A DNA stretch of 64,000 bases from the NCBI GenBank assembly GCA_965223505.1, contig CBDCWP010000012.1, positions 32,001 through 96,000 of the forward strand, in the 5' to 3' direction. Made by a program: the position numbers and the translations under genes. The stretch comes from Planctomycetota bacterium. GTDB taxonomy: Bacteria > Planctomycetota > PLA2 > JAEUHO01. Below are positions 1 to 10,635 of this stretch, piece by piece. Position 1 is the first letter of the stretch. The number at the start of each line of letters is the position of its first letter. Below the pieces are notes generated by a model, which was not told the DNA's origin, searched no databases, and was given only the letters and a program-made list of their open reading frames with translations.

Positions 1-3000
1 CGCTTCGGTCCGGGGACCTTTTCGTTCAACGTCGCCGGCGGCCGCTGCGAGCGCTGCAAAGGCGACGGCCGCGAACGCGTCGAGATGCAGTTCCTCTCCG
101 ACGTCGACGTCACCTGCCCCGATTGCGACGGCACCCGCTTTCGCCCCGAGGTGCGGGAGATCACGTGGGAGGGCCTGTCCATCTCCGACGTGCTGCGGCT
201 GACGACGAAGCAGGCCGTCGAGCGCTTCGAGGCCCATCCGCGCATCGCCAAGCCGCTGCGCGCGTTGCTCGGCGTCGGCCTCGGATACCTTCGACTGGGA
301 CAGCCGCTCTCGACGTTGTCGAGCGGCGAGATTCAGCGGCTGCGGCTCGCGACGGCGCTCGTCGACCGCGAGAAGGCCGCGCGGCGCGTGTACGTCTTCG
401 ACGAACCCACCACCGGCTTGCATCTCGACGACGTCGCCGTGCTCGTGCGCGCCTTGCGGGATCTCGCCGACCGCGGCCACGCGGTGCTCGTCGTGGAGCA
501 CCACGTCGACGTCATGTGGGCCGCCGACCGCGTCGTCGACCTCGGGCCCGAAGGCGGACCGGGCGGCGGCGAAGTCGTCGCCGACGGGACGCCCGCTCAG
601 GTCGCGCGCGGGCCGGGACACACCGCGCGGTTCCTGCGCGCCGCCCGCCGCAAGCCGTCCCTCAAGCGGCGCGTGGCGGTACGCAAGGCCGGACCGCCGG
701 CGATCCAGATCAGCGGCGCACGCGAGCACAACCTGCGCGGCGTGACGCTCGACCTGCCGCGCGACGAGCTCGTGGTGGTCAGCGGGCCGAGCGGCTCCGG
801 CAAGTCCACGCTCGCGTTCGACATCGTCTTCGCCGAAGGCCAACGCCGGTACATCGACACGCTCTCCGCGTACGCGCGCCAGTTCGTCGGACAGCTCGCG
901 CGGCCCGACGTCGATCACGTGGCCGGCATCCCGCCGACCGTCGCGATCGAACAGCGGCGCACGCGCGGCAGCCGCCGTTCGACCGTCGCGACCATGACCG
1001 AGGTCGCACACTTCCTGCGGTTGTTGTTCGCGCGTACCGGTGCGCCGCACTGCCCGCGCTGCGACCGCCCGCTGCGCACGCTGCCGCCCGACGCGATCTA
1101 TGACCGCATCCTGACCGAGTATCGCAACCAGCCGCTGCAGCTGTTCGCGCCGCGCATCCTCGGACGGAAAGGCTTCCACAAGGAGGTCTTCGAAGACATG
1201 GTCAAGCGCGGCCATCGCCGCGCCCTGGCCGACGGCGCGCTCGTCGATGCCGATCCGCCGCCGAAGCTCGACCGCTATCGCGAGCACGACGTCGAGGAAG
1301 AGATCGCGTCGTTGAAGGTCACGCGCGCGAACCGGCCGGCGCTGAAGGCCGCTCTCGACGAAGCCCTGACGCTCGGCAACGGCGCCGTCACGCTGCGCAC
1401 GGCCGACGGCACGACGCGCACCCTGTCCGTCGAGCGCACGTGTCCGCGCGACGGCGCCACCGTGCCCGAGCTGGATCCGCGCTTCTTCAGCCACAACAGC
1501 CACCGCGGCTGGTGTCCCGCCTGCAAGGGCCTCGGCGCCCGGCCGCAGGTCGATGCGCTCCGGCTGCCGCTCCAAGCGGACAAGTCGCTGGCGAACGGCG
1601 CGATCGGCATGGTCGGCATCGAGCCGCCCATGAAGCGTGCCTTTCTGCGGGACGTGCGCGAGATCCTCGGCCTGGACACGAAAACGCTGTGGCGCAACCT
1701 GCCGAAGCGCACCCAGCGCACGCTGCTGCTCGGCAACAAGTCGTTCGAAGGCGCGGGCTCGCGCGTGACCGCGTTCTTCGAGCGCGCGCCGGACATCGCC
1801 ATCGACTGGTTCGGCGACTACGTGAGCCGCGCGACCTGCGACGCGTGCAACGGGCTGCGGTTGCGGCCCGAGGCGCGCGCGGTGCGCGCGGGCGGGTTCA
1901 CCTATCCGGCACTGCTCGCCCTGCCGGTGCAGCGCTTCCTGCCCGCGGTGGACGGCATGACGTTCTCGAAGCGCGACGGCGAGATCGCGAAGCCCATCCT
2001 GCGGGAGCTGCGCGAGCGCGTCACCTTCCTCGAGTCCATCGGCCTGAGCTACCTCACGCTCGATCGCACGGCGGCGACGCTGTCCGGCGGCGAGACGCAG
2101 CGCATCCGGCTTGCCGCGCAGCTGGGCAGCAACCTGCGCGGCGTCTGCTACGTGCTCGACGAACCGACGATCGGCCTGCATCCGCGCGACAACGAAAAGC
2201 TGTTGAACGCCGTCACCGGGTTGCGCGACCGCGGGAACAGTCTCGTGGTCGTGGAGCACGACCTCGACACGATTCGTCGCGCGCAGCGCGTCGTCGACCT
2301 CGGCCCCGGCGGCGGGCGGCACGGCGGACGACTCGTCGCGATGGGAACGCCCGCGGCGCTCGAGCGCGATCCCGACTCCCCGACCGGGCGCGTGCTCGCG
2401 CGGCCGGCGCCGGCGCTCTGCGACGGCAACGGCGCCGACGGCAACGTGCTGAAGATCGCCGGCGTAAAGCGGCACAACCTACGCGGCGTCGACGCGGCCT
2501 TTCCGCTCGAGCGTCTCGTCGCGGTGACCGGCGTGTCGGGCGCGGGGAAGTCGACTCTCGTGCTCGACGTGCTGCACGACGCGGTGCGGTCGAAGCTACT
2601 CGACAAGCCGGTTCCGGACAAGCCGTTCCGCCGGTTGAGCGGGGCGCAGCACCTGACGCGCGTGCAGACGGTGGACGCGACGCCGGTGGGGAAGACGCCA
2701 CGCTCGGTGCCCGCGACCTATCTCAAGATCTGGGACCACGTGCGCAAGGCGCTGGCGGGCACCGAGGACGCCCGCACGCGCGGCTACGGGCCCGGACGGT
2801 TCTCGTTCAACGTGAAAGGGGGGCGCTGCGCGACCTGTGACGGCATGGGCGAGATCACCGTCGAGATGTCGTTCCTGCCGAACGTGCGCGTTCCGTGCGA
2901 GGCCTGCGACGGTGCGCGTTTCGGCGCGGAGACCCTGGAGATCACCTGGCGCGGCCGGCATGCGGCGGGCCTCCTCGATCTGACGTTCGAGGAGGCGCTG

Positions 3001-3465
3001 GACGTGTTCGGTGAGATGCCGCGCATCGAGCCCGCCGTCCGTCTCATGAACGAGATCGGCCTGGGCTATCTGACGCTGGGCCAACCGTCGCCGACGCTGT
3101 CGGGCGGGGAGGCGCAGCGGCTCAAGCTGGTTGCGGAGCTGGCGCGCGGCAGCCGCAGCGGCTCGACGCTGTACTTGCTCGACGAGCCGACCATCGGCCT
3201 GCACGGCGAGGATGTCGATCGCTTGCTCGACGTCCTGCGGCGTCTCGTCGAGCGCGGCAACACCGTGCTCGTCGTGGAGCACCACCTGGAGTTCATCGCG
3301 CAGTGCGACCACGTGATCGACCTCGGACCGGACGGCGGCGACGCCGGCGGCGAGATCGTCGTGGCGGGATCGCCGCGCGACGTGGCGCGCGCGTGGCGGC
3401 GCAGCGCGACGGGCAGGGCCCTGCGCGAGATGGCCCGCGGTGCGGCCCCGGTCGGGACGGCATAA
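1..3465 (+). CDS. uvrA: Excinuclease ABC subunit A, double-length (tandem-fused) UvrA; 5' end lies outside the window
   Basis: Frame is open from base 1 ([21 protein letters not shown]). It holds the end of one UvrA unit ([13 protein letters not shown]) followed by a complete second unit: [15 protein letters not shown], CxxC zinc fingers, LSGGE twice, [16 protein letters not shown]. Confidence 0.95.
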   Translation, partial: RFGPGTFSFNVAGGRCERCKGDGRERVEMQFLSDVDVTCPDCDGTRFRPEVREITWEGLSISDVLRLTTKQAVERFEAHPRIAKPLRALLGVGLGYLRLGQPLSTLSSGEIQRLRLATALVDREKAARRVYVFDEPTTGLHLDDVAVLVRALRDLADRGHAVLVVEHHVDVMWAADRVVDLGPEGGPGGGEVVADGTPAQVARGPGHTARFLRAARRKPSLKRRVAVRKAGPPAIQISGAREHNLRGVTLDLPRDELVVVSGPSGSGKSTLAFDIVFAEGQRRYIDTLSAYARQFVGQLARPDVDHVAGIPPTVAIEQRRTRGSRRSTVATMTEVAHFLRLLFARTGAPHCPRCDRPLRTLPPDAIYDRILTEYRNQPLQLFAPRILGRKGFHKEVFEDMVKRGHRRALADGALVDADPPPKLDRYREHDVEEEIASLKVTRANRPALKAALDEALTLGNGAVTLRTADGTTRTLSVERTCPRDGATVPELDPRFFSHNSHRGWCPACKGLGARPQVDALRLPLQADKSLANGAIGMVGIEPPMKRAFLRDVREILGLDTKTLWRNLPKRTQRTLLLGNKSFEGAGSRVTAFFERAPDIAIDWFGDYVSRATCDACNGLRLRPEARAVRAGGFTYPALLALPVQRFLPAVDGMTFSKRDGEIAKPILRELRERVTFLESIGLSYLTLDRTAATLSGGETQRIRLAAQLGSNLRGVCYVLDEPTIGLHPRDNEKLLNAVTGLRDRGNSLVVVEHDLDTIRRAQRVVDLGPGGGRHGGRLVAMGTPAALERDPDSPTGRVLARPAPALCDGNGADGNVLKIAGVKRHNLRGVDAAFPLERLVAVTGVSGAGKSTLVLDVLHDAVRSKLLDKPVPDKPFRRLSGAQHLTRVQTVDATPVGKTPRSVPATYLKIWDHVRKALAGTEDARTRGYGPGRFSFNVKGGRCATCDGMGEITVEMSFLPNVRVPCEACDGARFGAETLEITWRGRHAAGLLDLTFEEALDVFGEMPRIEPAVRLMNEIGLGYLTLGQPSPTLSGGEAQRLKLVAELARGSRSGSTLYLLDEPTIGLHGEDVDRLLDVLRRLVERGNTVLVVEHHLEFIAQCDHVIDLGPDGGDAGGEIVVAGSPRDVARAWRRSATGRALREMARGAAPVGTA

Positions 3466-3500
3466 TGTCGACGCTACGCGCGAGGGGTGCGGGAGTGACC

Positions 3501-4946
3501 ATGCTTCGACGAACCGCCTACGGGCTCGCGCTGATCGCGACGTCCCTGCTCGCCGCCTGCGGCGACGACGACGAGACGCCGGTCGTCGAGGGCGTGCGTG
3601 TGCTCATTCGCACCAGCGCCTCCGACGGGCCCGTGCAGGGCGACCTGTTTCTGAGGAAGACCGAAGGCGAGCGCGAGCAGATCGCGCTGCGCCGTCTCGA
3701 AGGGGACGTGTGGATCGCCGATGGCGCGCCGAACGGGTACTACCGGATCGCCTCGACGGAAGGCTGGCAACACCTGTGGCCGAGCGCAATGCCGCCGATG
3801 CTCTACGCCGGTGAGCAGCCGAACCATGCCTGGCTGGGCCGGCCGAACACCCTCTATCTCGGCCCCGCGCCCGGCTCCGTGCACGCCCCCGGCCTCGAGT
3901 GGTTCGTCCAGCGCGTGGAAGGGCGCGACGGCGCCGGCGTGGAGATTCCCGTCGAGATCTTCGACCAGGAGGTCGTCGATCTGCCGCATCCGCACGTCGC
4001 GCTGCGCTTCACGACCGAGACCTGGGTCGGCACGTTCCGCGCGCTCGGGCGCATGCGCGACGGGGCGCTGTGCGAGCCGGTCGTCATCAGTCTTCCGATC
4101 GACAACGGCAACCGGCCGCGGCTGCACCACGTGCGACCGGCGCGCGCGCAGCCGCTGGTCACGACGCTCGTGCGCACCGACCCGCAGCAACCCGTGCCCG
4201 ACGGCACGCTGGTGACCGCAACGCTCATCGGACTGCCGATCGACGAGGTCTACGAAGCCCGCACGCATGGCGAGATCGCGTACTTTCCCGAGGTCGCGGT
4301 CGCCGGAAACGGCGTGCGCGTGTCCTTCGGCGCGTCCGCCCGCGCCCACGTCATCTCGAACAAGACGTGGCGCCGGCTGGGCGCGACGTACCTGCTCGCG
4401 CCGGACGCGAAGGCCGTCCGCGTGCCGCTGGAGGGGCTCGACCCTTGGGCGGAGCGCATGCTGATGATCCGCATGGATCGCGGCGACCGCTACGGCCTCG
4501 CGGCCATCGACGTCGACGGCGTCGACGCCTCCGTGCGGGCGCCGGTCGGCCGGCAGCGCTGGCTCCTCCGGCTGGTCGACGCGGCCGGCAAGGCGCAGTG
4601 GGCGTCGCTCGACGTCGACGTGCAGGCCGGCGCCGACACGCGCGTGCGCGTCGGGGACCTGCAACGCGGCTGTACGGTCAAGGGCAACGTCCATGCGGTG
4701 CCGACGCTCGGCTACCGGTTGCTCTTCTTCCGCGACGAAGGCGACGGCGAAGCGGACATCCAGGTGCTCGGCCACGGTTTCGACGTGTCGATCAGCCACA
4801 CCGGCAGCTTCGAGGCCGATCTGCCCCCGGGCAGCTATCGCGTGTCGATCCTGGAGCCGAGCGGCCGCGAACAGGCGCAGGAGGGCGTCCTGCAGCTCAC
4901 GGAGGGCGTCCAGGTGCGGCGGTCGTTCACCTACCGGCCGCAGTGA
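3501..4946 (+). CDS. Putative lipoprotein of unknown function, beta-rich
   Basis: ATG at 3501 gives MLRRTAYGLALIATSLLAA-C, a lipobox. Long ORF filling the gap after uvrA; C-terminal 'LPPGSYRVSI' resembles carboxypeptidase-regulatory-like beta sandwiches. Confidence 0.7.
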   Translation: MLRRTAYGLALIATSLLAACGDDDETPVVEGVRVLIRTSASDGPVQGDLFLRKTEGEREQIALRRLEGDVWIADGAPNGYYRIASTEGWQHLWPSAMPPMLYAGEQPNHAWLGRPNTLYLGPAPGSVHAPGLEWFVQRVEGRDGAGVEIPVEIFDQEVVDLPHPHVALRFTTETWVGTFRALGRMRDGALCEPVVISLPIDNGNRPRLHHVRPARAQPLVTTLVRTDPQQPVPDGTLVTATLIGLPIDEVYEARTHGEIAYFPEVAVAGNGVRVSFGASARAHVISNKTWRRLGATYLLAPDAKAVRVPLEGLDPWAERMLMIRMDRGDRYGLAAIDVDGVDASVRAPVGRQRWLLRLVDAAGKAQWASLDVDVQAGADTRVRVGDLQRGCTVKGNVHAVPTLGYRLLFFRDEGDGEADIQVLGHGFDVSISHTGSFEADLPPGSYRVSILEPSGREQAQEGVLQLTEGVQVRRSFTYRPQ

Positions 4947-4957
4947 CCCGTTCCTGG

Positions 4958-4987
4958 ACGGGCCGGGTTCAAGAACCCCAGGCCCGT
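4958..4987. repeat. Intergenic inverted repeat (hairpin)
   Basis: ACGGGCC-GGGTTC-AA-GAACCC-CA-GGCCCGT just after the stop at 4946; no U-tract. Confidence 0.5.
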
Positions 4988-5051
4988 TGACCGTGCGGAC
5001 GGGCAGAAGTACGGTCGCCGGTCCCCATCGAGCCCCTTCCGGAGAGACGGC

Positions 5052-5663
5052 ATGTCGAACTCCAAACGAAAAGGCGTGACCCGGCGTGCGTTGTTCAAAG
5101 GCGCGGGTCTCGCCGCCGCGAGCGGCGCGGTGCTCGGCCCGCTCGAAGCGTTGGCCAAGGAGGGCGACGAGGGTGTCCGCACCCAGGGGCCGGGCGCCGT
5201 CGACGTCGAGCTACGCGTCAACGGTACGGAGCAAAAGGTGTCCGTCGAACCGCGCGAGACGCTGCTGCAGGCATTGCGTCTGCCGCTGGATCTGACCGGC
5301 GCGAAGCCCGCGTGCGACCGCGCGCAGTGCGGTGCGTGCACCGTGATAATGGACGGAAAGACCGTGTACGCCTGCACCGTCCTCGCCGTCGAGGCGGAGG
5401 GGCACGAGGTGACGACCGTCGAGGGTCTGGGTACGCCGCAGAACATGGACGCCACGCAGAAGGCGTTCGTGAAGCACGACGCGCTACAGTGCGGCTTCTG
5501 CACGCCGGGCATGGTCGTCTCCTGTGCGTACGCGGTGAAGACGTACGGCAAGCAATGCACGGCCGAGCAGGTCAAGGAAGCGACGGCAGGCAACCTCTGT
5601 CGTTGCGGCACGTATCCGCATGTCCTGAGTGCCGCGCTCGAGGCGGCGAGAGGCGGTGCCTGA
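5052..5663 (+). CDS. Xanthine/aldehyde oxidoreductase (2Fe-2S) small subunit with Tat signal (PaoA/YagT-like)
   Basis: TRRALFK twin-arginine motif; CDRAQCGACTV, QCGFCTPG and NLCRCG 2Fe-2S motifs. Confidence 0.92.
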   Translation: MSNSKRKGVTRRALFKGAGLAAASGAVLGPLEALAKEGDEGVRTQGPGAVDVELRVNGTEQKVSVEPRETLLQALRLPLDLTGAKPACDRAQCGACTVIMDGKTVYACTVLAVEAEGHEVTTVEGLGTPQNMDATQKAFVKHDALQCGFCTPGMVVSCAYAVKTYGKQCTAEQVKEATAGNLCRCGTYPHVLSAALEAARGGA

Positions 5664-7858
5664 TGCCGCGTGAGATCACCTACAAGGCCGGCATCGAAGG
5701 CGCTGAGCGCGAGATCACCGTGCAGGTGCACGACCTCGACTGCGACCCGTGGCCGCTCGGCGCGGAGCTGAAGCACGTCGGCACCGACGTTCCGCGCGTG
5801 GACGGCCCCGACAAGGCGACCGGCGCGGCCAAGTTCACGTACGACATCAACCGGCCCAACCTGGCGTACGCCGGGGTCGTCGCCGCGCCGCACGCGCACG
5901 CCGTCGTCCAGAAGGTCGACCTGAGCGCCGCGCAGGCGATGAAGGGCGTGCTGGCGACCCGGTCGTTCGAAGGACGTCGCGTGAAGCACGCCGGCCAGGC
6001 GGTCGCGGCGGTCTGCGCCGAGAGCGAAGGCGTGCTCAGCGACGCCTTGCGCGCGATTCGCGTCACCTACGAGGTCAAGCCGAACGCCGTCACGATCGAG
6101 CAAGCGCTGAAGGACGAGGTGCGCGTCGACGATCGCGGCGGCAGCAACGACAACGTCGGCCGTCCTGTCCGGCGCGGCAACGCCGACAAGGCCGTCGAAG
6201 AGGCGGACGTCAAGGTGCAGGCCGAGTACCGCACCGCGATCCAGACGCACTCCGCGCTCGAGCCGCACGGCAGCGTGACGGAGATCCACGCTGACGGGAC
6301 GGCGACGGTCTGGGCGAGCACCCAGTCGTGCAGCAGCTTCGGCCGCGGGCTGCAACGGCCGCTGGGGCTGCGCCGCAACGACATCCGGGTCATCACGCAG
6401 CACATGGGCGGCGGCTTCGGCGCGAAGTTCGGCCCGCGGCCCGGCGATGCGCTCGCCGCCGAGTTCGCCAAGGAGACGAAGCGGCCGGTCAAGTACCTGC
6501 TGCCGCGGCGCCTGGAGCATCTCGTCGGCGGCAACCGGCCCGACTCCATCCAGAAGATGACGCTCGCCGGCATGAAGGACGGCTCGTTCAAAGCGCTGAT
6601 GGGCGAGACCTGGGGCACCTCCGGCAACGGCAAGGGCGGCGCGGGCTGCGCGAACTTCAACGCGTACGACCTCGGCGCGGTCGTCATGGAACAGCACACG
6701 GTTTCGACGTTCACCGATCGCGGCGCCGCGTTTCGCGCGCCGCGGCACCCGCAGGGGTTCTTCGCGCTCGAGAGCTTGATCGACCTGTTCGCGGTCACGG
6801 TCGGCATGGACCCCCTGGCCGTACGTCTGAAGAACGAGACGCATCCCGTGCGCAAGATCCAGTGGAAGATCGGCGCGGAGCGCATCGGCTGGGAGACGAA
6901 CCGGCGCAAGACGCCCGACAAGGGCACGATCAAGCGCGGGGTCGGCTGCGCCGCCGGTCGCTGGGGCCAGGCGGGCCGCGGCGCGTATGTCGTCGAGCTC
7001 ACGCTCGCGTCCGACGGGAGCGTGACGGCGCGCAACGGCGTGCAGGACATCGGCACGGGGACGCGCACGGTCATCGCCATCCTGGCGGCCGAGGAGCTCG
7101 GCGTCGCGCCCTCACGCGTGAAGGTGGAGATCGGCGACACACGTTTCCCGCCCGGCCCGGGCAGCGGCGGCAGCACGACCGCGCCGTCCATCGGGCCCGC
7201 CGCGCGCGAAGCCGGCTTGCGCGGAAGAGAGGCCCTGCAGAAGCTGCTTGCGGCCGAGTGGGGGACGAAGCCCGAGGACGTCACGCAGAAGGACGGCGTG
7301 TTCGTCGCTGGAGACAAGCGGGCGACGTTCGAGCAGGCCTGCGGCCTCATCGACGGCTCGATCACGGTGCGCGGACAGCGCCGCCGCAACTACGCCGCCG
7401 CGCACGGCGAGACGGCGGGATGCCAGTTCGCCCAGGTCGCCGTCGACACCGAGACGGGCGTGATCACGGTGGAGAAGGTCGTCGCCGTGCACGACTGCGG
7501 CCGTGTGGTCGACACGTTGACGGCGCGAAGCCAGGTCAACGGCGGCGTCATCCAGGGCATCAGCTACGCGCTCTACGAGCAGCGACAGCTGGACCACAAC
7601 ATCGGCGACATGGTCAATCCCACGTTCGACACCTACAAGATCATGGGCATGCAGGACTGCCCCCAGATCGACGCCGTCATGACGTCGGTCGTGAGCGGTT
7701 TCAACAGCGTCGGCATGATGGGACTGGGCGAGCCCGCGACGGTGCCGACCGCCGGGGCGATCGCGAACGCGGTGTTCAACGCGCTCGGCGTCCAGGTTAC
7801 GGAGCTGCCGATGACGCCGGCCCGGGTGCTGGCGGCGCTGGAAAGGAGTGCGGGATGA
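5663..7858 (+). CDS. Xanthine dehydrogenase family molybdopterin-binding large subunit
   Basis: ATG overlaps the upstream TGA. Motifs RVDGPDKATG, MGGGFGAK, FRAP, QDIGTG, GSGGS, GGVIQGIS and GLGEP (catalytic Glu). Confidence 0.93.
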   Translation: MPREITYKAGIEGAEREITVQVHDLDCDPWPLGAELKHVGTDVPRVDGPDKATGAAKFTYDINRPNLAYAGVVAAPHAHAVVQKVDLSAAQAMKGVLATRSFEGRRVKHAGQAVAAVCAESEGVLSDALRAIRVTYEVKPNAVTIEQALKDEVRVDDRGGSNDNVGRPVRRGNADKAVEEADVKVQAEYRTAIQTHSALEPHGSVTEIHADGTATVWASTQSCSSFGRGLQRPLGLRRNDIRVITQHMGGGFGAKFGPRPGDALAAEFAKETKRPVKYLLPRRLEHLVGGNRPDSIQKMTLAGMKDGSFKALMGETWGTSGNGKGGAGCANFNAYDLGAVVMEQHTVSTFTDRGAAFRAPRHPQGFFALESLIDLFAVTVGMDPLAVRLKNETHPVRKIQWKIGAERIGWETNRRKTPDKGTIKRGVGCAAGRWGQAGRGAYVVELTLASDGSVTARNGVQDIGTGTRTVIAILAAEELGVAPSRVKVEIGDTRFPPGPGSGGSTTAPSIGPAAREAGLRGREALQKLLAAEWGTKPEDVTQKDGVFVAGDKRATFEQACGLIDGSITVRGQRRRNYAAAHGETAGCQFAQVAVDTETGVITVEKVVAVHDCGRVVDTLTARSQVNGGVIQGISYALYEQRQLDHNIGDMVNPTFDTYKIMGMQDCPQIDAVMTSVVSGFNSVGMMGLGEPATVPTAGAIANAVFNALGVQVTELPMTPARVLAALERSAG

Positions 7859-8841
7859 AGCGCTTTCAGCTCGTCCGGCCGACGACCGTCGAGGACGCCG
7901 CGGCCGCGATGCAGGAGCCCGAAGGCAAGCGCCTGAAGGGCGGCGGCATCGACCTGCTCGACCTCATGAAGGAACGCGTCGAGGAGCCGGACACGCTCGT
8001 CGGGTTGAGCGATGTCGAGGGCTTCGACGTGATCGCCGTTCGCGACGACGGCAGCATCTCGATCGGCGCCGGCGCGACGCTGTCCGACCTCGCGGCCTCC
8101 GACGTCGTGCGGCGGTTCCTGCCGAGCCTGGCGCATGCGGCCGGGCAGGCCGCAAGCCTCCAGATCCGCAACCGTGCCACCATCGCCGGCAACGTCGCGC
8201 AGCAGACTCGCTGCGGCTACTACCGGCACGCGTCGTTCCCTTGTCTCTTGCGCGACGGCGGCAACGTGTGCCCCGTTCGGCAAGAGGGCGGCGTGCAGGA
8301 GACCGCCGGCATCTTCCACAACGAGACCTGTGCGTCCGCGCACCCGTCGAGCCTGGCGCCCGTGCTCGGCTCGCTCGACGCCACCTTCGTCACGCGCGGC
8401 GGCGAGAAGGGCGAGGCCTTCACGCTCGAGCAGCTGTTCGCCGGTCCGGACGGCAAAGCGGCCGCGTTCGCGATCCGCCCCGGATCCGTGATCGAGCGCG
8501 TCGAAATTCCACCGCGCGACGTGCCGCAGAAGCTCGGGTACGCCGAGGTGCGCCAGAAGGCCGCGTTCGACTGGGCCCTCGCCTCGTGCGCCGTGCGCGT
8601 CGTCGTCGACGGCGGCAAGATCACGGAAGCCGGCGTATGGCTCGGCTCGCTCGCGCCCGCGCCGCTACGCGCGATCTGGGTGGAGCAAGCGCTCGTGGGC
8701 AAGCCCTTCGACGACGACACGGCGGCGAAGGCGGGCGAGATCGCGCCGCAAGGCGCGACGCCGCTGCCCGGGACGCGCTACAAGGTGCAGCTTGCGCGCG
8801 TCGCGGTGAAGCGCGCGCTGTTGAATGCGATGGGGAGGTAG
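7855..8841 (+). CDS. Xanthine dehydrogenase family FAD-binding subunit (PaoB/YagS-like, with a Cys insert for a probable 4Fe-4S cluster)
   Basis: ATGA overlap; GGGIDL and QIRNRATIAGN motifs; RCGYYR..C..C..C insert. Confidence 0.92.
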   Translation: MKRFQLVRPTTVEDAAAAMQEPEGKRLKGGGIDLLDLMKERVEEPDTLVGLSDVEGFDVIAVRDDGSISIGAGATLSDLAASDVVRRFLPSLAHAAGQAASLQIRNRATIAGNVAQQTRCGYYRHASFPCLLRDGGNVCPVRQEGGVQETAGIFHNETCASAHPSSLAPVLGSLDATFVTRGGEKGEAFTLEQLFAGPDGKAAAFAIRPGSVIERVEIPPRDVPQKLGYAEVRQKAAFDWALASCAVRVVVDGGKITEAGVWLGSLAPAPLRAIWVEQALVGKPFDDDTAAKAGEIAPQGATPLPGTRYKVQLARVAVKRALLNAMGR

Positions 8842-8843
8842 CG

Positions 8844-9119
8844 ATGGCGGCACGGGACGACATTCGACCGGAGCGGCCGGAGCGGCCGACCTACGCCGAC
8901 GAGGTGCGCGCCCAGCTGCGCGTGCGCTGCGTGTACCTGATGACCAAGGAAGCGGCCGTCGGCATTCCGTCGGATCACGAGCAGGCGTTCGAGGCCGACG
9001 GGCCGATCTGGTGGTGCGAGCGCACGTACGAAGCCATGGGCCCCGACGGTTGCGCGGCCGACGAGACGTGCCACGCGCCGTGCGACCGGACCTGCTTCGA
9101 GCCCCCGGTGCGGCCGTAG
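8844..9119 (+). CDS. Small Cys-rich hypothetical protein (91 aa)
   Basis: GGGAGG RBS then ATG 2 nt after the FAD-subunit stop; six Cys (RCVYL, WCERT, GPDGC, TC, PC, TCF). Confidence 0.7.
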   Translation: MAARDDIRPERPERPTYADEVRAQLRVRCVYLMTKEAAVGIPSDHEQAFEADGPIWWCERTYEAMGPDGCAADETCHAPCDRTCFEPPVRP

Positions 9120-9123
9120 TTCC

Positions 9124-10509
9124 TTGCAGCGTTCGCACTGGCTCTTGCTGGGTCTGCTCGCGGCGGCCGCCGTCGGGATTCCTCTTGCGCTGACGTCGGG
9201 GCTCTTCGACGAGGACCCGTTCGACGGCGGCGTGCCGGACGACCCCGAGACGTCGGCCGGCCTCATCGGTCGCGGCGCTCCGGGGCAGCTCCCGCAGGAG
9301 CTCCGGGGGCTGGGGATCCCCGACGAGCTCGACGTCGGCGACCGCAACGCCGTTCTCGAGCTGGTGTTGGAGAGCCTCGAGCAGGATCCGGTCAACTGGG
9401 CGCGCGTGGCGCAGCTGGTGGGGCAGCTCGAGCCCCCGATCGAAGATCCACTGCGCGGCCGGTTGCTGGCCGAGGTCCGCGCGGGCAACCCGTCCGTGCG
9501 GCGGGTCTTCGAGCTGGTCCGTGACCCGACGTTCGCAGACGACCTGCTCGCGATGCTCAAGGGGCGCGACTTCGAGCCGGGGGCGCGAGAGGTGTTGCTG
9601 CAAGCGCTTGCGCGCCTGCCCGGCGCCGACGCGGACGCCATCGTCTCGGCCCTCGAGGTCTTTCTCGTCGGCGACACGACCCAGGATCAGGACGTGCTGC
9701 GCGCCATCGTCAAGCGCGGCAGCCCCGCGTCGGCCCGCGCGATTCTCGCGTACACGTTGCGCAGCCTGAACCCGATGCCGTTGCGCGTGGTGCTGGGCCA
9801 AGCCGTGAAGCACGCCGACGCCGAGGGGCGCGCCGAGATTCGCGCGGCGCTGGGCCAACCGCACGAGCGGCACGTCATGGTCACGCTCATCGACTGCATC
9901 GGCGCGCTGGGCGAGGACGATCTCGTGCGGCCGTTGCTTGCCCTCGATCGCGAGGGCAGCCATCCACGCGTTCGACGCGCCGTCTACGGCGCGTTGAGCC
10001 GCATCGGGACCGACGGCGCGGTCGAGCGCCTCATCGAGGCCGGCGCCGCGCAGGACGACCGCGGCGGGGACGCGCGCCGCGCGCTGGAGCGCATGTCCGC
10101 CGCCGACGACGCGGCGCGCAAACGCATGATGGACGCCTACGAGGAGATCGACGACCCCGTTCGACGCATCGGCATCCTGCGCGCGCTGACCGAGATGGAG
10201 CACGAGCCGGTCATCCCGCTGCTCGCCGAAGCGCTCGACAGCGAGGACCCCCGGCTTCGGCGTGCCGGCGTCCACGGGCTGCGCACCTTCGGCGAGCGGG
10301 CGCGGCCGCATGTTGGCAAGATGTTCGCCCTTTGGGGGGCCGCGGACAAGGGCACGCGCGCGGCCATCGTCGGCACGCTGGCGTCGGCGGGCGGCAGCGA
10401 GGCCCGCCGCGCACTGGCGTCGCTCCAGGATGCGCCCGAGCTCACCGATCGGATTCGGTCGCTCGTCGCGCAGGCACTGCGGTCGTTCGACGATGACAGC
10501 GGCAATTAG
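9124..10509 (+). CDS. HEAT-repeat protein with N-terminal membrane anchor or signal
   Basis: Hydrophobic N-terminus; helical repeats such as 'VRRAVYGALSRIG' and 'LDSEDPRLRRAGVHGL'. Confidence 0.75.
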   Translation: MQRSHWLLLGLLAAAAVGIPLALTSGLFDEDPFDGGVPDDPETSAGLIGRGAPGQLPQELRGLGIPDELDVGDRNAVLELVLESLEQDPVNWARVAQLVGQLEPPIEDPLRGRLLAEVRAGNPSVRRVFELVRDPTFADDLLAMLKGRDFEPGAREVLLQALARLPGADADAIVSALEVFLVGDTTQDQDVLRAIVKRGSPASARAILAYTLRSLNPMPLRVVLGQAVKHADAEGRAEIRAALGQPHERHVMVTLIDCIGALGEDDLVRPLLALDREGSHPRVRRAVYGALSRIGTDGAVERLIEAGAAQDDRGGDARRALERMSAADDAARKRMMDAYEEIDDPVRRIGILRALTEMEHEPVIPLLAEALDSEDPRLRRAGVHGLRTFGERARPHVGKMFALWGAADKGTRAAIVGTLASAGGSEARRALASLQDAPELTDRIRSLVAQALRSFDDDSGN

Positions 10510-10536
10510 TACCGCCTTGCGCAGAAATACGCGGTT

Positions 10537-10551
10537 TGGCTTCGCGCTTGT
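10537..10551 (+). promoter_or_regulatory. Possible sigma54-type promoter (imperfect -12 box) upstream of the paralogue triplet
   Basis: TGGC-TTCGCGC-TTGT has the correct -24/-12 spacing but TTGT instead of TTGC; strong RBS AAAGGAGG at 10623-10630. Confidence 0.3.
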
Positions 10552-10635
10552 GTCACAGGACGCAGCGCCCTAAGGTCTGGCTCCGGCGTGGAGAGGACGG
10601 GCTCTGCGTGTGTGCCCCTTTCAAAGGAGGTGTGT

